A program made the position numbers and the translations under genes. Positions 55,660 to 62,758 of a stretch of DNA of 62,867 bases are shown one piece after another. The notes beneath the pieces were generated by a model. It saw nothing but the letters and a program-made list of their open reading frames with translations, was not told where the DNA came from and ran no database searches. The DNA lies in the IMG/VR virus record IMGVR_UViG_3300024518_003743, positions 1 through 62,867 of that record; one strand, written 5' to 3'. This DNA is from a virus. Taxonomy: Duplodnaviria; Caudoviricetes. Each line of letters starts with the position of its first letter. Position 1 is the stretch's first letter.

Positions 55660-55687
55660 CCAAAGTATTGTATGCGCAACTGCCTTC

Positions 55688-55738
55688 CTATTCGGTAGTG
55701 GGTTGCGGTTGTTGAGTTTCAAATGAAATCTTCTTCAT
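55688..55738 (-). CDS. leader peptide MKKISFETQQPQPTTE (Gln/Pro-sensing attenuator)
   Basis: ATG AAG AAG ATT TCA TTT GAA ACT CAA CAA CCG CAA CCC ACT ACC GAA TAG; ATG 4 nt after promoter-like TACATTAG (55743-55750). Confidence 0.75.
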   Translation of the reverse strand: MKKISFETQQPQPTTE

Positions 55739-55751
55739 GGGGCTAATGTAC

Positions 55752-55823
55752 AAAAAAAGCCCCACATTCCCATGCGAGGCTTTTAAAATGATCGATAGTA
55801 AGTAGGCCAATACCGTTTGCGAC
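55752..55823 (-). ncRNA. candidate ~70-nt small RNA
   Basis: Promoter TACATTTG (55828-55835); terminator AAGCCTCGCAT-GGGA-ATGTGGGGCTT plus T run (55752-55784). Confidence 0.5.
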
Positions 55824-55851
55824 AAGACAAATGTAGTAAACTTTTCTTTAC

Positions 55852-55925
55852 AAAAAGAAACCCCTCTCCGAACAAGTCAGAAAGGGGTGTCGATTGAGGG
55901 CCCCGTGGGTGGGGCCTTTCACACA
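55852..55925 (-). ncRNA. candidate ~70-nt small RNA
   Basis: Promoter-like TACATTTA (55929-55936); hairpin GGCCCC-ACCCAC-GGGGCC; terminator ACCCCTTTCTGA...TCGGAGAGGGGT-TTCTTTTT. Confidence 0.5.
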
Positions 55926-55961
55926 CGGTAAATGTACGGAAATTTTCTTATCTTACACCTG

Positions 55962-56156
55962 ATGGCTACTTCACAAAATCTTCGACCAATATGCGTTTAC
56001 TGCGGTGAACCGGTCGCCCTGGCTTTAGTGAAGGATGGAAACAGACCTCCTGAGGGAGATAATTTCCTAGACTGGCACCATGTCAAGCATACATGTGAAG
56101 AGTCGGAGCAAGCCTTAAAGATCCGGAACGCTGGGAAGCCGCTTAAGGTTGTTTAG
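55962..56156 (+). CDS. small Zn-binding hypothetical protein
   Basis: CVYC...HTC; ATG at 55962. Confidence 0.5.
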   Translation: MATSQNLRPICVYCGEPVALALVKDGNRPPEGDNFLDWHHVKHTCEESEQALKIRNAGKPLKVV

Positions 56157-56430
56157 GCTCTTCTTCGAAAATTATAGTCGTTGTTCTGGTTACGCTGACA
56201 AGCTCAGCTTTAAGAAGCTTGTTGTAATTCGCATTCACCCCGCATGTGTTTTTTGGGTCGTACGTCATGTCGGTGGTCTTCTTACAGAATTCCGGATCGA
56301 TTATGTCGGCCCTATCGAAAGAAACGAAATCAGGAGAGTCATATCCGTCAACCCCCCAGTACTTACCTTCGAACTTAGCTGCCACGCCTTTCTCGATGTA
56401 TACGCTCTCAAACAGCATCTCCTTGCTCAT
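56143..56430 (-). CDS. hypothetical protein
   Basis: 95-aa ORF ending the - strand accessory operon. Confidence 0.55.
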   Translation of the reverse strand: MSKEMLFESVYIEKGVAAKFEGKYWGVDGYDSPDFVSFDRADIIDPEFCKKTTDMTYDPKNTCGVNANYNKLLKAELVSVTRTTTIIFEEEPKQP

Positions 56431-56614
56431 CCTTTACAATTTTAATAGTGAATCCTATCTTCTCCAGCCCGTTGTACATCTTGCACAGTGGCATCTCCGA
56501 CCCTTTCAGGTAGGAATTGATCTGCTGTCGGGACACTCCGAAAATCTTCGCGAGCTCGACATTGTTCATTCCTCGCTTCTTCTTGAGCGATCTAAGTATT
56601 TTTCTAGTTGTCAT
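56408..56614 (-). CDS. XRE/Cro-type HTH regulator
   Basis: LKKKRGMNNVELAKIFGVSRQQINSYLKG. Confidence 0.8.
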   Translation of the reverse strand: MTTRKILRSLKKKRGMNNVELAKIFGVSRQQINSYLKGSEMPLCKMYNGLEKIGFTIKIVKDEQGDAV

Positions 56615-56862
56615 TATTTTTTGTTCCAGTCCATGAAGTCTTCAAAGGTTACTTCGTTGACGTTTGTAATATCGATTGTCTTCCAGGGAACCCCAAGGTA
56701 TGCCCCCTGGTCTATGGCGAACTTAACAGAGCTTATGTATGGAGCTCCTTTTTTCGGATCGTTCATTGGAGCATAAGTTATGCAGTCTCCGTCATAGAAC
56801 ACCCTCTCTCCTCGAGAATTTAGAGTAGTGTAAAATACAATAAAATATCTTCGCCTCTTCAT
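56614..56862 (-). CDS. hypothetical protein
   Basis: 82-aa coupled ORF. Confidence 0.55.
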   Translation of the reverse strand: MKRRRYFIVFYTTLNSRGERVFYDGDCITYAPMNDPKKGAPYISSVKFAIDQGAYLGVPWKTIDITNVNEVTFEDFMDWNKK

Positions 56863-57401
56863 GACATCACCCCCACTTGTTTAAGAACCCGCTTGAGTTC
56901 GGATTTGTTTTTGATCACTCCCTCGAAAACCTTGTCCCTGATTTTCCAGTTTTTGCCTGTCTTCGAAATCTTGACAATGTTTCTTTCGTACATCGAAATA
57001 AGGAAATCGTCATCGTTCAAATCGACTGCATAAGACCCTTCAAACGGAGCTCCGGCTGGGAAGCCTCCCAAATTAAGGATGTCTGCTTCGTCCAAGTACT
57101 TGACGCGGATAGCATCATTTTCAACAGCTCTTACAACATCGCCTATGTACATTTCAGCCGGATCATCGAAATGAAGCTCCCCAGGGAAATCCGGGTCTTC
57201 TAGCCTCTTTCTGAACTCAGCCTTTTTCCATTCTTTTTCGTATGTAATCGGGAGGGTCATGTGAGCCATAACCCCCAAGTAAATCCGAGGCCTGTACTCG
57301 AACTCGAATCCGGGATGGAACTCCCCAATCTCTGGCACATAGTACCTCGAATCAATACTTGCTTTTGTGGCTGGAAGGCCTTCTTTTTCTTCTTTTTTCA
57401 T
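56859..57401 (-). CDS. phage hypothetical protein
   Basis: YYVPEIGEFHPGFEFE...RVKYLD...FEGVIKNKSELKRVLKQVG; ATG at 57401. Confidence 0.65.
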   Translation of the reverse strand: MKKEEKEGLPATKASIDSRYYVPEIGEFHPGFEFEYRPRIYLGVMAHMTLPITYEKEWKKAEFRKRLEDPDFPGELHFDDPAEMYIGDVVRAVENDAIRVKYLDEADILNLGGFPAGAPFEGSYAVDLNDDDFLISMYERNIVKISKTGKNWKIRDKVFEGVIKNKSELKRVLKQVGVMS

Positions 57402-57560
57402 ATTTTTTTTCTTCGTGAGAAACTTCACTAATACTTTTATCTTCTTCCGCGTGAGCACCGGCTTCCGTCGAGAATGTTCTCATTGGATTCTTCATCTGTA
57501 TCCCTCCGAGGGATCTCACATAAAACTCTTTTTTTTCTTCGTCAGTTATTTTATCATTTT

Positions 57561-58004
57561 TTAGCGCGGAGAAGAATCTCCTTCAGCAAAAGCACTTGAC
57601 AACACGCATACAGTCATCTTGGTTTTTATCATAACAGGAACCGATGACTCTGCAGCCAAACAAACGTCTCCGTTTTTACGAAAAGCAATTACATAGAATC
57701 TGGTGTTTTCACTCGAAATAACAGCGTCGCAGATTCTTATTGAACCATCAACGCTGCCAACAACATCAATGCTGTAGCGGGTCATAGTCTTTTTTGGTAA
57801 AAAACGCCAAAACCCACGCCTCTTAACTTTACGATTCAGTAAAGTGATATTCACTTCGCTTACTTCAACTTGAGCGAGGTTGTCCTTGATAAACATCTCC
57901 TCATGGTGTTCATACTTTTCTTGCATCTTGTTTGGTTTTTCGGCGCGGTAAAAATAAGCCTGTATATCCTCGCGCATGTTGTGACTGTTATTATTCCTTG
58001 CCAT
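57561..58004 (-). CDS. hypothetical protein
   Basis: ATG at 58004 overlapping upstream stop. Confidence 0.5.
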   Translation of the reverse strand: MARNNNSHNMREDIQAYFYRAEKPNKMQEKYEHHEEMFIKDNLAQVEVSEVNITLLNRKVKRRGFWRFLPKKTMTRYSIDVVGSVDGSIRICDAVISSENTRFYVIAFRKNGDVCLAAESSVPVMIKTKMTVCVLSSAFAEGDSSPR

Positions 58005-58383
58005 CTGTCTCGACAAATTTACGTAAGTAATCAATAGGGTTCTCTTCCAGCACCATCTGCTGGAGGTGGTACTCCCATTCTTTCGGAGGTGTACGCCATT
58101 TTTCGGTCGGGAGCTTCATAGTAAAATTACGACCCCCAACTTTCACCGCGTAAAAACCAGTGTAGTTTTCCTCTCCCCAAAACGCCTTAGCGAAGTCGTG
58201 GGAGAAGATAAGGCCGTAGCAGTCCTCCGGAGAGAACCCGTTAGCCATTTGAGTGTTTCCTGTTCTGGTCTTCACCATAGCATAAACCTGGTAGAAAGTT
58301 CCGTTATCAACAACGCTAGGGCTCATGCCGTTCTTCAGGGCCTTATTAATGACTTTCTCAAGCACGCTTCTATCAGTCATCAT
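57991..58383 (-). CDS. phage hypothetical protein
   Basis: LIFSHDFAKAFWGE...WEYHLQQMVLEENPIDYL. Confidence 0.65.
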   Translation of the reverse strand: MMTDRSVLEKVINKALKNGMSPSVVDNGTFYQVYAMVKTRTGNTQMANGFSPEDCYGLIFSHDFAKAFWGEENYTGFYAVKVGGRNFTMKLPTEKWRTPPKEWEYHLQQMVLEENPIDYLRKFVETDGKE

Positions 58384-58820
58384 AGCTCAATCCCCCAGTT
58401 TTTGAATAATCTTTTCAGATCTCCTTCTCCGTTTATAGTGTCCTCGTAGACACAAAAAGAAGGCTGTTTTGATCCAAAGTAAATTCTATAATACGTATCG
58501 ATGTATCCGTCTTTAAAAAAAGAGAACACCCAAATCCTTGTATCCTTGTCCAGCGTTTCAATAGACCACCCACGCCCCTTTCCCTCTGAAAAAGAGCGTT
58601 CGAACCCAAGTCTTTCCCAGTTGCTATAAGAGTCCCAGTTCTCAACTGGCTCGTTTTCACACGCGGTAAGCCTAGAATCAACAGGACCATTGTCCCTGTC
58701 GCGCATCCGCTTTTCAATGTCCTCCTGAGCATTTGACATGCGAAGCGAAACAATAACCAAGCTCTCCTGAGCAATAGCAATCCTCTCCTGCGCCTCTGCT
58801 ATTCTTCTAAATAATCCCAT
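58380..58820 (-). CDS. hypothetical protein
   Basis: ATG at 58820; first gene after promoter-like TACATTCG (58845-58852). Confidence 0.55.
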   Translation of the reverse strand: MGLFRRIAEAQERIAIAQESLVIVSLRMSNAQEDIEKRMRDRDNGPVDSRLTACENEPVENWDSYSNWERLGFERSFSEGKGRGWSIETLDKDTRIWVFSFFKDGYIDTYYRIYFGSKQPSFCVYEDTINGEGDLKRLFKNWGIEL

Positions 58821-58848
58821 TACCTTGCATTTAATAGTGAACAACGAA

Positions 58849-58902
58849 TGTAAACAATACTTTACACTTATCCTAACAATATAGTGTAAACTTTTATTTA
58901 CA
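58849..58902. promoter_or_regulatory. two palindromic operators TGTAAA-N6-TTTACA
   Basis: 58849-58866 and 58885-58902; the first overlaps the -7 element. Confidence 0.65.
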
Positions 58903-58939
58903 TACGCAAGGATACCCTAGGGTCCCAAAACACACCCCC

Positions 58940-59617
58940 CTACTTTTCAAGATCCGACAAATGCTGCTCCGCCTCAAGAAGGGTCTCAAAAAATTTCTCC
59001 CGCATTCGACCATCCCTATACTTCTGTGCCTTAAAGCAATTTCCGTTAGTGTATATACCGGCGCTTACCCTCTCAAACTTCCCTCTAACAACCAAAGACT
59101 CCCCATAACTGCCGCCTTCAGTACCCTTAAAGTCGTTCGCCATTCTATTAAGCGTAGCCGGAATCTTAGGGTCCTTTTTAGCCTCTTCCATTTTCTGCTT
59201 CAGATCATCATAAGGAACATTCATCCCCTTCACCCTCTTGAACACAGCTGCACGGCTCACATCAAAGTGGTTCGCTATGTAAGCAACGCTCTTCCCCTGG
59301 CACAGCAACTCATAATCAAGAGGCACCTTAACATCAGAACCAACCTGCTCAAGCTTCTCAACGATAGAAGCCAGGTCAGTCGTGAACCACTCCCCATAAG
59401 TGCGGTCAGCATCAAACAACTCGTGCAAGCGCTTCTCAAGCTTCTCGCAATAAAACCGCAGCAACGGCCTAGTAGTATACTTCAACTCTAGCAAACAGCC
59501 CCCGGCGCACTGAAGGGTCTTCATCCTAGCGTGTACGTCCTGGCTAATCCCGATCTTCCTGATGCCAGCAGTTGCGTTCTCTATCACATATACCACCGAA
59601 GCCTTCTCTAAATTCAT
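58940..59617 (-). CDS. GIY-YIG (T5orf172/MUG113-like) protein with HTH domain
   Basis: VYVI...KIGIS...RMKTLQ...LEKRLH...GEWF; GKSVAYIANHFDVSRAAVFKRV HTH; ATG at 59617. Confidence 0.8.
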   Translation of the reverse strand: MNLEKASVVYVIENATAGIRKIGISQDVHARMKTLQCAGGCLLELKYTTRPLLRFYCEKLEKRLHELFDADRTYGEWFTTDLASIVEKLEQVGSDVKVPLDYELLCQGKSVAYIANHFDVSRAAVFKRVKGMNVPYDDLKQKMEEAKKDPKIPATLNRMANDFKGTEGGSYGESLVVRGKFERVSAGIYTNGNCFKAQKYRDGRMREKFFETLLEAEQHLSDLEK

Positions 59618-59666
59618 TGTAACTAGTTTTTTGGTTACAGCTAATGTAACCATTTTTTTAGTTACA
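59618..59666. promoter_or_regulatory. two palindromic operators TGTAAC-N10-GTTACA
   Basis: 59618-59639 and 59645-59666, around promoter-like TACATTAG (59641-59648, - strand). Confidence 0.65.
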
Positions 59667-59743
59667 TAACAACTGTATAGGGAATATTCTGTCCGGAGGG
59701 TGAAAAGTAGATCGTGTGTGTGGGGTATAGTATAGATAAGACT

Positions 59744-59804
59744 GCCCCCACCCCCTAACGAAAGGAAAACAGCAAACGCATAGAGAGGGGGCGGGGGGTG
59801 CCCC
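59744..59804. other. G/C-tract inverted repeat in probable genome-end region
   Basis: CCCCCACCCCCT ... AGGGGGCGGGGGG in a long non-coding, divergent-transcription gap. Confidence 0.35.
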
Positions 59805-60194
59805 TTGTTATATATCCGGTTTGGTTCGTGTGTTGCTCTATGCTCTACGCCTTGAGGCTCTAAGCGCTGGTGTCGGTCGGTGCGCTGTGTGTTTTTTTGG
59901 TGGCCTGTGTGCTCTGTGCCTTGCTAGGGTAGGGGATAGGTGACCTGCCAACCTGGCCTATTTAACATAATAAATATTATGAGACAGTATAGGCGCCTAG
60001 TATCTGAGCAGTGAAGGAAAGCGGGTGTATTTGTGTGCCCAACATAATAAACCCTACCTTCTACCCTCTCGAATTCCTTGGTATCACTGCCTTTGGCGTT
60101 ATCCGTTTGTAGTCGTTTGTAGTCCTCTGCTACTGTGGCTACTATTTAGAATGGCTCTAAATAAGCACCTATCAATCATTTTATTGTTGTTTTG

Positions 60195-60226
60195 TTTGGT
60201 GTTCTGGATTGTTTGCTGTATGTTTG
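60195..60226 (+). promoter_or_regulatory. full Bacteroidota promoter (TTTG-N20-TATGTTTG) for early transcript
   Basis: -33 TTTG at 60195-60198 and -7 TAnnTTTG at 60219-60226. Confidence 0.7.
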
Positions 60227-60241
60227 TATTGTTCGATTGAG

Positions 60242-60256
60242 ACACACACACACACA
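60242..60256 (+). repeat. (AC)n microsatellite
   Basis: acacacacacacaca just after the predicted start site. Confidence 0.8.
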
Positions 60257-60406
60257 GCCACTAGTATAAAGGCACGAGTCAATACAACTGCAAGACTTAC
60301 TAGGGCGATAGGACTAAGACACAACGAGGCGATGGCCTTGAATACCGTTAACACTATCAGATTGAGTGTCACACAATCCAACAGGTACACGAATGATGTT
60401 AGAATC

Positions 60407-60920
60407 GTTCTTTGACATAGATTAACAGAAGCGTAGACCGCTATAGAGGAAGCCTCGCCGCTACAACTCTATAAGAAGCGTAAAACGTTAGTGACTGGGC
60501 ATGGCAGCTAACTACCTGCAGGCAATGCAACGAAGCACCCTAAAGACGTCCCAGAAGCTACAGAGCTGAGTACTTGATACTCTTAATAACTAGCTATAGT
60601 GTTGCCTCTGTTAATTGTTAGTGAGTTGGTAGAAACTTGGTAGAGTCAATCTTAAAGCTTTACCGCGCCTAGGGTCATTCCAAAGCGCTCCAAAATTAAC
60701 CCCGATGGGGGCAACACGTCAAGACAGCAGGCGCGTACCTAGTACGCCACCACTTGAGGCGAAGGAAGCCAACTGCACGAGTATAAACACAGACCGCGAA
60801 ACTATGGAACTATCCTAATAAGGGTCTCTAAACTAAACTAGTAAACCGTTGACATCTCTAATGTAATAGAGGAAAGAGAAGGCGTTACCGCGCGAGGGTT
60901 CGAATCCTGAACAACGGCTA
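60407..60920 (+). ncRNA. candidate large multi-domain structured ncRNA
   Basis: boxA-like GTTCTTTGACAT at 5' end, four nested helical domains, 3' GGTTCGAATCC T-loop, no long ORF. Confidence 0.6.
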
Positions 60921-60996
60921 TAAACAACATGTATGCACTCGACTCCAACTGATCTCAAAAACCAGGGGAACGTGCGTCCATTCAAATCTATACACC

Positions 60997-61116
60997 ATGT
61001 CGAAAGATAAATTGACGAATGCCATTGCTAAACTAAGCAAGGCTAACAAGAAATGGCCATGCAATGACCGCGAGGCAAAAATTAACCGCCTAAGGGCTCA
61101 ACTGCAAAACGCATGA
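60997..61116 (+). CDS. small basic early protein (39 aa)
   Basis: MSKDKLTNAIAKL...; ATGA-coupled to next ORF; translated by hand. Confidence 0.55.
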   Translation: MSKDKLTNAIAKLSKANKKWPCNDREAKINRLRAQLQNA

Positions 61117-61211
61117 GATTGACGCGTAGAGAAAAAGCACAGGCACTAAGAGAGGCCGTAATATTAACGGGCGGGCTCCTGCTCTCCCTTGTCCTAATCA
61201 TAGCACTATGA
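61113..61211 (+). CDS. small membrane peptide (32 aa)
   Basis: MRLTRREKAQALREAVILTGGLLLSLVLIIAL; ATGA overlaps on both sides. Confidence 0.55.
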   Translation: MRLTRREKAQALREAVILTGGLLLSLVLIIAL

Positions 61212-61360
61212 AACCATATCTAGTCATCATACGCCTACCAGAAGGAAGGCAAGCCCGTAAATACTCAGGGCCAGCCGAATCGAAACACCACGCAATTTCA
61301 CAAGTCTACGCGCAGTGGTGCCACATACAACCAAGTTATTCTAAATACACCACGATATGA
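61208..61360 (+). CDS. small early protein (50 aa)
   Basis: MKPYLVIIRLPEG...; ATGA overlaps on both sides. Confidence 0.55.
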   Translation: MKPYLVIIRLPEGRQARKYSGPAESKHHAISQVYAQWCHIQPSYSKYTTI

Positions 61361-62211
61361 ACACTTACCAACTCAAACAAGACGGAGAACTGAAGCACGA
61401 AGGCAGCGAAAACGATTGCTATTACAGGCTGCAACGATTACAAAGTCAATCGGCTGACTGGGCAATGACCCACGAAGGATGGACAATAACGGTTAAGATT
61501 GACGAAAAGTACAAGAACAACCAGAAGATTCTAAAAGACCGCACCAAGTTATTCAATGAGAGACAAGGCCCACGAGTAGGGGATTATTTAGAACTACCCA
61601 ACGGCCTCGGACACACTCGATTTACTCATGATTGGGAAACTTCAATGCAAACAGGCGGCGGGGCTGGCTCTTACTACTTAGGTGGTGGGGGAAACTTTAG
61701 CTATTCAGGCGGACTGGACTCAGGAATGAAGAAAGCAGACATCGAACCAACCAACGAAACAAAAGAAGGGCGAATGTGGTTCTTTGACCAAGGTTACGCA
61801 GGAGCTAATAGAGGGGTTGACTTTGATATTCAATTCAGAGTCTTCCGCCCTAAAAAAGGTGCTGACGTGTCAGGCCTTCCGCAAATCGAAGCAGCAAGAA
61901 AGCAAGCCATTCGAGACAGCGCCGAAACTATTACACGAATCAACGGCAACGGGCAAGAGTATATACTACCAGTGCCTGAAATATTACTAATATTACGAGA
62001 CAGCAACAGAGCAAGCACAACGGCCCGATCGATTAAAAAGGCTACAGGGCTCACAATGAGCATAACAGCAGGTTACCAACTCAAAGTGCAACCGCTATTT
62101 ATTAAACAGTGGGAAACCGTTAAACAAATGTTTTCCGCGCCTCGATTCAAGTCAACCTATTACAATAATGGGATGACTAGAAACACCACAGTAATAAAAC
62201 AACTCTATTAA
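61357..62211 (+). CDS. early hypothetical protein (DUF4121-like core)
   Basis: GPRVGDY...RFTHDW...SYSGGLD...MWFF; family recalled from motif, not searched. Confidence 0.5.
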   Translation: MNTYQLKQDGELKHEGSENDCYYRLQRLQSQSADWAMTHEGWTITVKIDEKYKNNQKILKDRTKLFNERQGPRVGDYLELPNGLGHTRFTHDWETSMQTGGGAGSYYLGGGGNFSYSGGLDSGMKKADIEPTNETKEGRMWFFDQGYAGANRGVDFDIQFRVFRPKKGADVSGLPQIEAARKQAIRDSAETITRINGNGQEYILPVPEILLILRDSNRASTTARSIKKATGLTMSITAGYQLKVQPLFIKQWETVKQMFSAPRFKSTYYNNGMTRNTTVIKQLY

Positions 62212-62222
62212 AACCACACGAC

Positions 62223-62747
62223 ATGCAACCAATCAAATTACTACCACTTAGCCAAAAGGCGCTATATTCTCAACTCTTCGCCTTCATAGGCTATTCAAAC
62301 CACGACAGATTTGACAGAGAATCAAAACAGGGGCAGGTTACAGACACCGAAACGGGTCAAGTGTACACTCTAGCCACAGCAGAAGAGGAAGACGCTTACA
62401 AGCAAGAAAAAGCACGTTTTGACGCTATCGAAGAGGCACGGAAAGCAAACCTTTACAACAATCATCCGACGCCTATCATCGACTACAACAACCCAACAAG
62501 ATGGCGCGAAGGTCTCGACCTGCTCAAAGAAGGTAGGCTAATTGAAATGTGTGAAGAGGCTTACTGGCACTTCTTAGAATGCGTGCCACCACGTCGGCAA
62601 GGGGGTAACTCTTATGTAAGCGGGGAACCGCACCACCACAACAGCGAAAACGAAGCCGTTTACCTCTGTGGTATCCAACGAGGGGAAAAGTATTACGCCC
62701 AGTACGGGACCGTGAAACAGTACGAGAAAAAAGAATTATTCAAATAA
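62223..62747 (+). CDS. early hypothetical protein (DUF1419-like C-terminus)
   Basis: EEAYWHFLECVPP...SGEP; family recalled from motif, not searched. Confidence 0.5.
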   Translation: MQPIKLLPLSQKALYSQLFAFIGYSNHDRFDRESKQGQVTDTETGQVYTLATAEEEDAYKQEKARFDAIEEARKANLYNNHPTPIIDYNNPTRWREGLDLLKEGRLIEMCEEAYWHFLECVPPRRQGGNSYVSGEPHHHNSENEAVYLCGIQRGEKYYAQYGTVKQYEKKELFK

Positions 62748-62758
62748 CACCACGCACC

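Noticed and set aside
55752-55925. Small RNAs as CRISPR-repeat mimics
   Set aside because: Only scattered short matches (GTCGCA, TCAATC), not a colinear repeat; unsupported without a search.
57354-57560. Open frame without a clear start between two - strand genes (KNDKITDEEKKEFYVRSLGG...)
   Set aside because: Could be a gene remnant or homopolymer error, but there is no start codon context or motif to support a call.
60025-60415. Short ORFs 60025..60240, 60181..60390 and 60209..60415
   Set aside because: Low-complexity translations overlapping the promoter and AC repeat; likely spurious.
60846-60920. Possible tRNA around GGTTCGAATCC
   Set aside because: No proper D arm, 7-nt anticodon loop or acceptor geometry; treated as a T-loop domain of the larger RNA.
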